Below are positions 1 through 10,793 of a stretch of DNA of 46,246 nucleotides, piece by piece. Under the pieces are notes generated by a model, which made no database searches, was not told the DNA's origin, and saw nothing but the letters and a program-made list of their open reading frames with translations. Both the position numbers and the translations under genes were made by a program. Every line of letters starts with the position of its first letter. The first letter of the stretch is position 1. The DNA comes from Chara braunii (Eukaryota > Plantae > Charophyceae), in assembly GCA_003427395.1 (NCBI GenBank), contig BFEA01000008.1, positions 5,786,757 to 5,833,002 on the forward strand, given 5' to 3'.

Positions 1-280
1 AAGAAGAAGAAGAAGAAGAAGAAGAAGAAGAAGAAGAAGAAGAAGAAGAAGAAGAAGAAGAAGAAGAAGAAAGGAGGAAGAACAAGAAGACGAAGAAAAA
101 GAAAAAGAAGAAGAAGAGAGAGGAGGAAGAAAGGAAAAAGAAGTAAGAAGAAGAAGAAGAAGAAAAAGAAGAAGAAAGAAAGAACAAGAAGAAGAAAAAG
201 AAGAAAGAAGAAAGAAGAAAGAAGAAAGAAGAAGAGGAAGAAAGAAGAAGAAGAAGAAAAAGAAGAAGACGAAGAAGGCG
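1..280. repeat. (AAG)n microsatellite, degenerating 3'-ward
   Basis: Pure AAG repeats 1-70, then purine-only variants. Confidence 0.97.
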
Positions 281-298
281 GGGAAGGGGGGGAAGGCT

Positions 299-572
299 AC
301 CTCCTCGCTCGCTCACTGGCTTCCACTTCCCTCGCTCCCTCCTCGCTCCCTCCTCGTGCCCTCCTCGTTCCCTCCTCGCTCGCTCCCTCTCACTCCCTCC
401 TCGATCCCTCCTCGCTCGCTCTCTCCTCGCTACCTCCTCGCTNCCTCCTCGCTCCCTCCTCGTTGCTCGCTCCCTCCTCGCTAGCTTTCCCGCTCCCTCC
501 TCGCTCCCTCCTCGCTCGCTTTCCCGCTCGCCTGCTCGCTTTCCCGCTCGCCCGCTCGCTTTCCCGACACCG
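299..572. repeat. Low-complexity CCTCCTCGCT/CGCT repeat array, possibly the subterminal region and right end of a non-autonomous DNA transposon
   Basis: Repeated CCTCCTCGCT(C) units ending in CGCTTTCCCGACACCG. No left end or TSD is visible in the window. Confidence 0.6.
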
Positions 573-670
573 GCCTTGTAACGAGCGTGAGGCAAGGCAC
601 AAAGTCGAAGTCTTGGATTCTGAATGCCGAAACAGTAAGTCACACTGAGTATGAGTACAGCAGCAGAAAA

Positions 671-704
671 CTAGTATGAGACTTGTCCCCGTACCATACA
701 GGGA
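671..704 (-). mobile_element. Helitron-like 3' terminus (hairpin + CTAG)
   Basis: Minus strand reads TCCCTGTA-TGG-TACGGGGA (hairpin, 686-704), an 11-nt spacer, CTAG (674-671), then T. This is the canonical Helitron 3' architecture. The 5' end was not located. Confidence 0.5.
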
Positions 705-1626
705 GCTCGTCTAAGTACCGGTGACACGTACGGTACCAAGGGCATGTCATAAGAGGCCCCGAGGGAAGAACTGAAAAATGTGGTATTTGAAAGTGGCGCC
801 CGAATTGCAGCATGGCGCCAGTTGTCCAAAATCCTACGGTACCAAAGGAGGGGTTTGGAAAAGGGGTGCCAGACCGAAAACGGGATGCAACCGAAACAAC
901 AAAAAGATAAACCGGGCATCGAGCCCTTGTGGAATCCGTAACAGGCCAACTCTGTCGGTCGGTCCGTCACCCAATTTGCGGGTCCGTCGGCCGGCCGGTC
1001 GGTCGGGCCTCGCCACTCCAACCGCCCTCCCAGGGCGCTACAAGGCAGGGGGGGAAATTGGCGGAACGCGGGGGGAACACGGGGGCAACGCGGGGGGAAC
1101 GGGGGGGGGAACGGGGGGGGGAAGGAAGGGGGGAAGAAAGAGGGGAAGACCCAAGAGCCTAGCTCAGTGGGTACACCACCCGTGTTTGAACCCAGATGCT
1201 GGAATATCATGAGGAAAACCAAATATTCTTTTTTCTTTTTTTTATGAACCACCAGTACTTGGCCCAGCTATCGCAGCCGACCCTGGAAGTGCCCTGCGCG
1301 CCGTTTCCCGCCGAAGCGCCAATTTGATTTTTGTTTTTGGAAAGGCTGGTGGCGCTAGCCTTCCAGATCCGGTTGCCCGAAGCGCGAACTTCGCGTAACC
1401 CGGGGGCCCCGTCACCTCAATGATGTTATCTCAAGACCGTCGCCCTTTTTGAAAATAGAGAAAAAAAGAAAAACAAAAAGAAGAGGGGGACGAAGGCGTG
1501 GACGCAGACTGACTGGAATTCGGGACGGGAGGGAGGGAGAAGGTGTGGGGAATGTGGGAAGGAGGGGAATATGGTAGGAAGAAGAAGATGGCAAGTAGGA
1601 AAAGGAGAGGGGAAGCGGAGGAGTAC

Positions 1627-1825
1627 GATGGTAAGGAGCTGGACTAGTAGGAGAAGGAGAGGGGAAGAGGAGTAAGAAGATGACAGTGGAAGGTTGTGTG
1701 TGTCTGTGTGAGGAGGAGAAAGGAAGAGTAAGATGGTAAGGAGTTGGACTAGTAGGAGAAGGAGAGGGGAAGAGGAGTAAGATGATGACAGTGCAAGGTT
1801 GTGTGTATCTGTGTGAGGAGGAGGA
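1627..1825. repeat. ~105-bp purine-rich tandem duplication
   Basis: GATGGTAAGGAG(C/T)TGGACTAGTAGGAGAAGGAGAGGGGAAGAGGAGTAAG... occurs at 1627 and 1732, with a partial third copy near 1875. Confidence 0.85.
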
Positions 1826-2266
1826 AGGAAGAACATGGCAAGGAGGAAGAGGAGACTTGGAGGAGCCGGAGGAAGATGGTAAGGCTTTGTGTGTTTGTGT
1901 GAGGAGGAGGAAGAACAAAGCTGGAGGTTAAGGATGCGGGCACCTCCTAGGAAATGACCAAATATAACATATCAGGCAGGTTACTAACACAGTCCTCAAT
2001 CCTTACATCCAGGCAAGGAAGAGAACGAATCCAGAATACAGTCTTCTTTAGATCGTCCTCCTCCTCAGCCAAAATTACACACGACTGTCAATTGCGTCAG
2101 CCCGTCTGGCCCCAAAAGCATAAGTTCGGAGTTGTCCCTCCTGCAGCGGAGCACCGACGCCCGGGGGTTCTCTTCATCGCAATTTCTTTCGCTCGGGCAG
2201 TCAAACCCTTTGTAGACGGCTTAGACATAAAAAAAAGAAAAAATGCGGACAGAGCCCTATAATCTT

Positions 2267-2417
2267 AAGTTCACGCAAGAACGACAGTAAAAAGGTAGAA
2301 AAACTCCTTTAAGGGTCGGAAAAGAACATATCTTGTTCGATATTGGATTTTTATGGGTTCTTTTCCGACCCTTAAAGGAGTATTTCTACCATTTTGGTGT
2401 CGTTCTTGTCTGAACTT
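2267..2417. repeat. Inverted repeat, ~61-bp arms, 29-bp spacer
   Basis: 2267-2327 (AAGTTCACGCAAGAACGAC...AGGGTCGGAAAAGAAC) is nearly the reverse complement of 2357-2417. Confidence 0.9.
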
Positions 2418-2658
2418 TGAGGGTTGTGTCTGTAACCTTGGCTTAGGAGGAGGACGGTGTTAAGAAGATGGATGAACAGACCTACAATGACCTTTGCGAA
2501 AGACATAAACGAGACAATTCAGGCAGGTTGCACCTACAATCCTAAATCCCTTTATCAAGGTAAGGAACAAAAACAAATAAGAAAGATAAGTCCTTGACAA
2601 AAATTCCACGTCGTACATTTTGAGTTCCTTCTCTGACCTTTCGAGGACTATTTTCTTC

Positions 2659-3020
2659 ATTTCGTTGTTTTTGTTGTCTGTATCTGAACAGTAGCACTTT
2701 ATCTAGAACCTTGGCGAACACTTCATGTTCTTCTCCGACCTTTCAAAGACTAGTTTTGTTTCCATTTCGCTTTCATTTCTGTCTAAATCGGAACTACAGG
2801 GCTAGATCTCTAACCGTGGTTGTGAAGGAAGAACACGAAAAGAAAACTGTCCTTCACAACAATCGTTAGAGATATAGCCCTATAGTTCCGAATCAGACAA
2901 CATTGAAAGTGAAATGGAAAAAAACTAGTCCTTTAAAGGTCGGAGAAGAACATGTAGTGTTCACCAAGGTTCTAGATAAAGTGTTACAACTCCGATTCAC
3001 ACAACAAAGACAGCGAAATA
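2659..3020. repeat. Long imperfect palindrome, ~170-bp arms
   Basis: CACTTTATCTAGAACCTTGG...CATGTTCTTCTCCGACCTTT...GTTGTGAAGGA mirrors TCCTTCACAAC...AAAGGTCGGAGAAGAACATG...CCAAGGTTCTAGATAAAGTG around a ~20-bp centre at ~2840. Confidence 0.9.
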
Positions 3021-3252
3021 AATAAACAATCCTCTAAATGTCAAAGAACAATCTAAATAAATGACAGAATTACAAGAAATCTGACAACTTATTAATAAAT
3101 CATTAGATCCGAAACACCCATGCAAGGTAGAGGACGAAATGAGAAAAACAATCCTTCAAGCGTTTGTGTCGAAAAACAATCCTAGCGTTTGTGTCAAATT
3201 CCTCCTCCAATAGTACATGTTCTTCTCTGACCTTTCAAGGTCTATTTTTTTT

Positions 3253-3397
3253 TCATTTCGCAGTCAGTGTTGCCTGAATCGGAAGTATAAGGCTATATCT
3301 ATAACCTCGGTTGTGGACGCAAAGTCATTTCGCAGTCAGTATTGCTTGAATCAGAAGTATCGGGCTATATCTTTAGCCTCGGTTGTGGACGCAAAGT
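3253..3397. repeat. 72-bp tandem duplication related to the palindrome arm
   Basis: TCATTTCGCAGTCAGT...CCTCGGTTGTGGACGCAAAG occurs at 3253 and 3325. Confidence 0.85.
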
Positions 3398-3452
3398 TTC
3401 GTTGTACATTACTTTGACGAACGAATAATCAGATTGTCTCTAACAAAAACTA

Positions 3453-3509
3453 TTCTATTCTGTCCATCGAAGGACTGTACCTTACAGCGGAAATATCAAA
3501 TACAGTTCT

Positions 3510-3551
<42 letters not shown>

Positions 3552-3607
3552 CTGTTCTATTTCGCCCATCGAAAGACTGTACCTTACAGCGGAATGATCA
3601 AATACAG

Positions 3608-3696
<89 letters not shown>
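3453..3696. repeat. Duplicated ~55-bp unit, each copy followed by (CT)n
   Basis: CCATCGAA(G/A)GACTGTACCTTACAGCGGAA...ATCAAATACAGTT occurs twice, followed by (CT)n at ~3514-3547 and ~3611-3696. Confidence 0.9.
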
Positions 3697-4253
3697 GATT
3701 GTAAATTTGTGTGTTTCATACTAAGGACGATTCACACTGCAATCACGACCTCTAAGCAACTACGACGACGCTAGACGCTGCTTTCTCTCTCTCTCTCTCT
3801 GTTTGTATTTGTCTATTTGATCTCTGAGCAACAACGACACTCAACGATTGTTGTCCTTTTTGAAATTCTTTTTGCCGCTCCCGACCTTGCGGAGTCTTTC
3901 TCAAAATTCAAGAAACTTGTAGCGGGGTTTTCAAAATTTTCACGGTTTGGTCTCCAATAAATTAAATTTTGCATTTAACACAGGTGGGAACCAGTGAAAG
4001 TGCAAGCGGGCGCTTGACGTTTAGAATGTGTCGTTTTACCGGGTCGTGGTTCTCCGAAATTTTGTCGGTAGCTCTTCAAAATTCCAATCTTGAAGACGAC
4101 CGTCGGCGGGAAATTCTAAACTTTTAACGACATTCTTGACGACGGTCCCACTGCCTGGGAGGTTGAAATGATTTGTTTTACCGGAGTCCTGGCTGAGCCT
4201 CTGCGAACTTTTATCGCTAACGGTCTGAAAATTGGACTTTTGCGAAAACCTTG

Positions 4254-4385
4254 GCGGGAATTTGTTAAATCTTAAAAATATTCTTGACGGGATCCCTAGC
4301 GGAAATTTGTCAAATGTTAAAAATATTCTTGACGGGATCCTTAGCGGGAATTTGTCAAATGTTAAAAATATTTTTGACGGGATCC
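4254..4385. repeat. 45-bp tandem repeat x3, with degenerate copies at ~4105 and ~4484
   Basis: GCGG(G/A)AATTTGT(T/C)AAAT(C/G)TTAAAAATATT(C/T)TTGACGGGATCC repeated. Confidence 0.9.
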
Positions 4386-4555
4386 TAGTAGCTGGCGCTC
4401 AAAATTATTTGTTTCTGACAGTCCAGGCTCTCTGAAATTTTGTCGCCAACGACTCAAGAATTCTACTTTTCTAAAATCTGTTGGTGGAAAATCCCAAATT
4501 GCCATTGATATTCTTGACGGGGGTCGCAGTAGCAAGTGTTCTCCTTTTGTTTCTA

Positions 4556-4849
4556 TTTGGTGTTCAAGGAGTTTACCCCCGCGTTAGCGCCGCTCTTCCG
4601 GCCGTCCTCTGACACACTTTCTCGCGCTAACACTGAGTCTTCGCTATTGTAGGTGACGCCATCGTCATTTCCAGATGCCAGATAGGTTGTCGTCTTTCCC
4701 AGTTTTCGCGATTTCGTGTTTAAGGAGTTTACCCCCGCGTTAGCGACGCTCGTCCGGTCGTCTTCTGACGCACTTTCTCGCGCTAACACTGAGTCTCCTC
4801 TAATCTAAGTGACGCCATAATCACTTCTACACGCCAGTTAGGTTGTCGT
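4556..4849. repeat. 156-bp tandem duplication
   Basis: AAGGAGTTTACCCCCGCGTTAGCG...CACTTTCTCGCGCTAACACTGAGTCT...GTGACGCCAT...TAGGTTGTCGT occurs twice. Confidence 0.9.
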
Positions 4850-6366
4850 AACGTATCTTCCTGCCATGGATTCTTTAACCGAAAGAAGTGCTCATAGTAG
4901 TCGCAAGATTAACCCCGTGAGATGGTTTCCAGAACTTTCTCAATGCAAGAGCAGTGTTGATGCTAACAGTGTCAAGATGAAGATTGTCAGGTGGTTTCTG
5001 GACCTGCGTCAATGTTGTACAAGCGGAGGGGAGAAGCAGAACCCTCTACCGAAGGTCAGCGGAAATGGTGAGACAACCGCCGATGTCTGTTTGTTTCCGA
5101 AGCGTCCGCGATCGAAAACGACAACAAGAACGGTTATTGCGCCATGCTGAGCAACAAACATAGTGATAGGTCTCTCAAAAATGGGGAGTAGAATCCAGAT
5201 AGAGCGCCCAGGGAAGCGCTAGTGCCCGAACGCTGAAGGCGAACAATCCAGAGAGAGAGACGATGTACAGGACATGGGCGAGAACTTTGTTGTGAAAGAA
5301 ATGCTCTGCGGCAGCGTGGCGCAAGAATTGCGTGACAACGGCACCGAGAAAGAGAAACCCAGTGACGATGATGATGAGGAGGGCGAATCGAGCGACGACG
5401 ATGATGAGGAGGAGGACACGAGCGAGGATGTCGATTCAGAAGACACAGACTCTGAGGATGATGAAGGGAAGAACGAGTCGGGAAATGATGTCGACATGTT
5501 CAAGAAGAGTCTATCTGGAGATCTTTTAGGAGAAGCGAAGCAGATAATAGCGCAGGAGGTGAGAAGAGGACTGTACAATAAATCAAGCAAGAGTGAGAAA
5601 CCTCCTTACAACTTGGGAAAGCGCGGCAGGAACGTACGTGTGTACAACAAGAAAGCTAACTATCACGTGAACATGAAGAATGTCGAAATAGTTCTGAAGG
5701 AAGATTGCTGCAAGGCCAACTGTTACAAGAAGTTCACGGCGGTAGATGTTTTCTACAAGCACGAAGAATTTTGGGCGATGAAACAACCTGAGCAACTCAA
5801 CTTCTTTCTCGCAGAGATGAGGGTTGCGTTGTACTTTTCGAATGAGGGAGATTTAGAGGTGTTAAGAGTGACATTCAATGGCGTAAAGGTTTGCACAAAA
5901 GCGTGGGGAAAGTTGTACGGATGCTCGACTACACATGTTGCAAAGATACGCAAAGAATTCAGAGAAGGAATGGTGTTGTACGAAGGATCAGTCGGATTAT
6001 CTGCTTCATCACAGTAAATTCTCGCCTGGTTGCATGAATATTTCCGATACAATACTGAGAGTATGCCAAATAGCGACCAGTTTCATCTTTCAGATACTCT
6101 CCGGCGCAGAGACGTGTACGACTTCTTCAAGCGCGACTACAAAGAGCTGTACACGAATAAGACTCTTCCTTCCCGTTCCAGATTTATGACCATTTGGAGG
6201 GTTCACTGCCCAAAAGTTCTTATTCCTGCATTGAAGAGGTTCTCGGTCTGTTCCACATGTCTGAAATTCAAGACAGGTCGTTCACAGGTAACAAGTGCCC
6301 TCGAACGAGGTAATGACATAACCTCACTGCTTGTCTTCTCTCCCCCTGTCTTCCTGACCCTTTTTT

Positions 6367-6370
<4 letters not shown>

Positions 6371-6454
<84 letters not shown>
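6371..6454. repeat. (CT)n microsatellite inside the intron
   Basis: Direct reading of the sequence. Confidence 0.97.
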
Positions 6455-6714
6455 AGTGTTCATTCTTTGATGGTTGCCACAGCGCGACTGATTGTTTTGA
6501 ATTATATCCCTTTAAATTGTTTTTGCAGAAAGTAGAGGTTGTGACTTGCACATTTACGGAAGGATTCTCATGGAACTCTTCTTCTTCTTCCTCTCTCTCT
6601 CTCTCTAAATGTTCTTCGTGTAGAAAAAAAAATGAATCTAGTGTCAACGCAAACTGGGAAGGATTCTTATGAAAGTAGAAAGTTTGGTAAAGAAATAGTC
6701 AAACGTCTTCTCTT

Positions 6715-7150
6715 TGTCTCAGTTATAGTCCTATAACACTTTGTCTCTTATTCGTCTTCAACTTCTTAGAGTTAAATCCCTTTACCACTTTATCTAATAA
6801 TCGTCTTCGTGACATCTGCGTTGCCTTCACCGAACTCGTTCAGTCAATCAAAACATAAATTTTGGGGAAGAATGAATTGAAGATTTTACGACGCTTGTCG
6901 ACTGACTTTTCTGAGTTATAGCCCTATAACACTTTGTCTAATAATCGTCTTCGACTTCTCAGAGTAAAAACCCTTTAACACTTTATCTATTAGCCATTTT
7001 CGATTTGAAAGCCCTTGTTATTCGCGACGTCTGCGTTGCCTTGCCCAAACTTCGAATTTTATGATGCACGACACTTATGGACTAGCTTTCCTGAGTTATA
7101 GCCCTATAATACTTTGTCTAATCATTGCTTTCGATTTTAAAACCCTTCAT
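6715..7150. repeat. Three diverged ~185-bp repeats in the intron
   Basis: AGTTATAG(T/C)CCTATAA(C/T)ACTTTGTCT begins units at ~6721, 6914 and 7094. Confidence 0.8.
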
Positions 7151-8959
7151 TGCGCTTTGTCTTTTTTTTTTAACGTGTTTTGACAAAGCAACCGCTTGTT
7201 TTTTTTTTGCGCAGAAATGTTTGGCAAAACACTAGAGAAGCACCGGTTAATGCAAGCAGAAGAGAGACAAAAACTAAGTAAGCATCGCCACAAGGCTTCA
7301 AGTCATCCGTCAGAGTATGTCGCAATGATCATTGATGGGATGTATCAGAGCAAGACTATACTGCCACACTTCACTAGGGTTTCAAAGGATTCGAAACTAA
7401 AAGAAGCGAACTTTGTGAAAGTTCACGTGGTTGGGGCTAAGGTGCTAGGACTCTCATCGAACGCCTCTGCAACTGTTTTCTTTGACAACTTCAAATCAGA
7501 TTCTAATTGCATGCTAACTGTTCTTCATCGTCAGATTTCTCAACTTGCTGTACCATTTCCGAGAGTCCTGTATCTTACACTTGATAACACTTCGAAAGAG
7601 AACAAGAACAAATTTGTGCTGTCATATCTCGTGTTCTTGGTGAAAATGAGAGTATTTAGTAAAGTTAAGTTAAACTTTCTTCTTGTCCGTCACACACACG
7701 AGGACATCGACCAGATGTTCAGTTGTTTCTCGAGAAAGTTGGCTGCACATGGTGCATTCGATCTTCCTGAGTTGCAACACGTGATTAGGGAGTCGTACAA
7801 GGTAGAACAAGATCATGGCGTGCACGTTGAGGAGATGACGGAAACAATGAACTGGAAGTTGTACGTTCAGGATCATCTACATAATGTCAATGATATTAGC
7901 TTTAACCAACATTTCCGAATCAAGCGCAACGAGGACAGGGAGGTGCGCATTTGGAGCAAGCAAAATCATAATTTACAGTGGCAGCCGAGCGACAGAGAAG
8001 GTCTGGACATCTTCAAGTTAGAGCCAACAAGACAAGTTCAAGCTTCGCCAAAGCATGCACTCCGATCTTTGGAAGCAAGATATCGACTTACTTGTCGGGG
8101 TGAGGACGAAAGGCGTGATAAGGTTGTCAACAGTGAAGGTCATGTCCGTAATCGAAAAGCGGGAGGATCTTCGAAATTCAAGGTTGACGATGATGTACTT
8201 TCCATCGCCGCCTTGAAAGCCAACGTACATGCCCTGTCGCATTACGCTCAACCTCACAACATTGAATGATGGAATAAGTTCATAGCAACGCAGGAAACTA
8301 TCGACCTTGAGGACACAAACCTCAAAGAGCCATTCGCGTGGCCCTCTGTGACAGTTGATGTCAGCAGAGCAGGTGAAGAAGTTCCACAAACCGCTAATAG
8401 CTTTGACCAACGCTGGGATGATATTTTCCCTGCTGAGAGACCCATCTACATCGGCGCACGCAAGAGCAGACAGTTTCGAGAGGACAGAGACGGAAAGTAT
8501 GACGATCTCGAGGTCAACACTTTCATCGCATTACGAGCTTGTTCGGGGCAGGAAGAGAGAGGCAAACCTTACCACATTGGCAAGGTTGTCGAGCTGCTAG
8601 CAGGTAAACGATTCAAAGTTGCTTGGTTTGCACAACGTGAGAAAGGAGAGGGCTACTATCCTCAGTTCAAGACAAATCCTCAAGGAAAGAGTACGAGAGA
8701 GCCTTCCGAGGACGTCTATGACTGGAGCTGCGGCGTTCTTTGTTACAACTTCCAACTGAAGACAAACAGGACCCTTTTCTCGCAGACCAGACAAAAAATC
8801 TCTGAGATGTTGAATTCCATGGCAACGGAGGATGTCGACTAGGAAGACCTTCTAGGAACCGATTGCTTCAGAGGTTGGCAGAGTGTCATGGAGATCGAGG
8901 TCATTTCTGCTTCCGCATTACATCAGGTTTCCTTTTGTCGTTGTTCAATAGATTATCTC

Positions 8960-9152
8960 AGTTTAGTCGTTAGCGGCTTGTAAATTCTTGTAAATATGTA
9001 CAGCAGTAGGTCGCAGTTCGCAGCCAGGCACGTGTGGCCAACCTTTTTGTTATCTGACTGAGTCTAGTCGTTAGCGGCTTGTAAATTCTTGTAAATTTGT
9101 ACAACAGTAGGTCGCAGTTCGCAGCCAGGCACGTGTGGCCAACCTTTTTGTT
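8960..9152. repeat. 101-bp tandem duplication
   Basis: TAGTCGTTAGCGGCTTGTAAATTCTTGTAAAT...GGCACGTGTGGCCAACCTTTTTGTT occurs twice. Confidence 0.92.
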
Positions 9153-9329
9153 TTCGCGATCTTTTCCAAATGTACTTTGCGGTTTTTCGCTTTACAATTT
9201 TGAGATTTTGAAAACTGACTCACGATTTGCCGTTTGGATTCCTGCTTTTCGATTTGCGGTTTACCATTCATTTTTTGACCAAAACATTTGTCACATGAAC
9301 AATTGTCAATTTGCGGTTTGTCATTCAAA

Positions 9330-10030
9330 CTCTCGCGACATTATGCTATTTTTTACTTTCCGCAAAGTCATGTTAAAGGCCTACAAGGTCGTGTTTGAAT
9401 TTCATTGAATTTTTACAACGTTCAACATTGCGTTTACAACGCTTCAAACACCTCACCGATTACGGATTAAAATTTTTACGCCCGCCAAGCTTCATGTCAA
9501 ATTCTCGCGAAATTATGTTATTTTTCTACTTTCCTAAAATTCGCGTTTTAGGCCTATAAGGTCGTGATAGAATTTCGCTGAATTTTCACGACTTTTAACA
9601 CTGTGTTTTTAGGGCTTTAAATACTTGACCGATAATGGACTAAAATTATGTTTTTTTTGTACTTNNNNNNNNNNNNNNNNNNNNNNNNNTGACCGATAAT
9701 GGACTAAAATTATGTTTTTTTTGTACTTTCCAAAAATTCGCGTTATAGGCCTATAAGGTCGTGTTTGAATTTCGCTGAATTTTCGTGAGGTTGAACATTG
9801 CGTTTATAGGGCTATAAACACTTGACCGATTGCGGACTAAAATTATTATGTCCGTGTTTCGTTTTCAAACAGTCGTTATAGGCCTATAATTCGAAAAGTG
9901 CGGTTTTTGAATTTCGAGAGAATTTTTGAGGGTCGCTTTCAAATCTCGCAAAATTCGGCTCTTTTCTGAATTTGCGCAAATTCACGTTATAGGCCTATAA
10001 GGTCGTGTTTGGAAGTCATTGAATTTCCGT
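9330..10030. repeat. Diverged array of ~170-200-bp repeats downstream of the transposase
   Basis: GGCCTA(C/T)AAGGTCGTG...GAATTT recurs at ~9378, 9551, 9748 and 9992. Confidence 0.8.
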
Positions 10031-10793
10031 GACGGTCGAATCTGATCAATCGGTTGTCCACAACTTTTGGAGATTTGAAATCAGTTGTCGTTGGTTGTTT
10101 TTTGCTGTCCTCTAGATCCCGTTTTTTTAGTACCTTCGTTTTCAAGCTTCTGTTTCCTTAGTATTATGAGTGCAAAGAAAGAGGATTACCAACCCGTCTA
10201 TTCGGCTTGCCAGGTTTTCGGTTAGTTTTTACGTCCTTGGATTAGGTCCCGGAAAAGGCTCTTCTGTTTTAAAACAAAATACTACTTCCAATGTGTAGTA
10301 CTGACTGGTCGTTTCGTTCTGCAGTGAAATCGCCATAAATTGGAGATCTTTTCGTTGGCCATGAGTAGGAGTCGCCTGTTCGCCTCCAAAATGGTTTTTT
10401 TTTTTTCACGTTGTTGTCGGCCTCGAATATCTACTAATTTTTAGGGGGGGGGTCGATGAAATTTGCGCAAGAAACGGTGCAAAATCAACCTTTGTTTCTC
10501 AAAAAATGCTATGTTTCATTGACGTTTTTCTGTCTATAGGATTTCTCTGGTTTTTGTCTGGTTCTCTGGTTTTCACGAATCTATTGTTATTCTCATTGAG
10601 GAGGACATGCTGGAGGTACACCAACAATGGGATGACCCACCATTCATCAGGTACCTCCAGACTGGGATCTGAACTCCCCACAAAAACTTAAGTCCTAATA
10701 ATTGGTGCTCCCTCCACACAACTTTCTGGTCCAAACGGAACAGATACACCAAAACCAGATGGATGGCCGACATGTGGCAGGACAATAGGTGGT

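Larger units (their letters stand above)
6310..7214 (+). other. Spliceosomal GT-AG intron in the transposase gene
   Basis: Donor GAG|GTAATG at 6310. Acceptor is a T-tract + GCGCAG| at 7214. Both are phase 1, and splicing joins ...TSALER-E-MFGKTLEKH... in frame. Confidence 0.8.
5274..8842 (+). pseudogene. DDD-type (RNase H-like) DNA transposase pseudogene, Sola1-like. Two exons, 5274-6309 and 7215-8842.
   Basis: ORFs 5274-6017 and 6030-6309 share a frame, separated by one TAA. ORFs 7196-8269 and 8348-8842 share a frame, separated by one TGA. Motifs: CCKANC, FSVCSTC, IIDGM(Y)QSKTILP, LYLTLDNTSKENKN, FLLV(R)HTHEDIDQMFS. The family assignment is recalled from motif resemblance, not from a search. 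Confidence 0.75.

Noticed and set aside
390-1943. ORFs of 60-190 aa in the first 2 kb
   Set aside because: They are translations of low-complexity repeats with no domain motifs.
4254-4385. 45-bp repeats as a CRISPR array
   Set aside because: They are contiguous tandem units without unique spacers, in a eukaryotic context with no cas genes.
9629-9726. Exact duplication flanking the 25-N gap (similarly around the gap at 23533-23647)
   Set aside because: Identical sequence on both sides of a gap is most likely an unmerged contig overlap.
1415-10600. CCTCAATGA (1415) / TCATTGAGG (10592-10600) as TIRs of the transposase element
   Set aside because: Only 9 bp match, it does not extend convincingly, and there is no flanking TSD.
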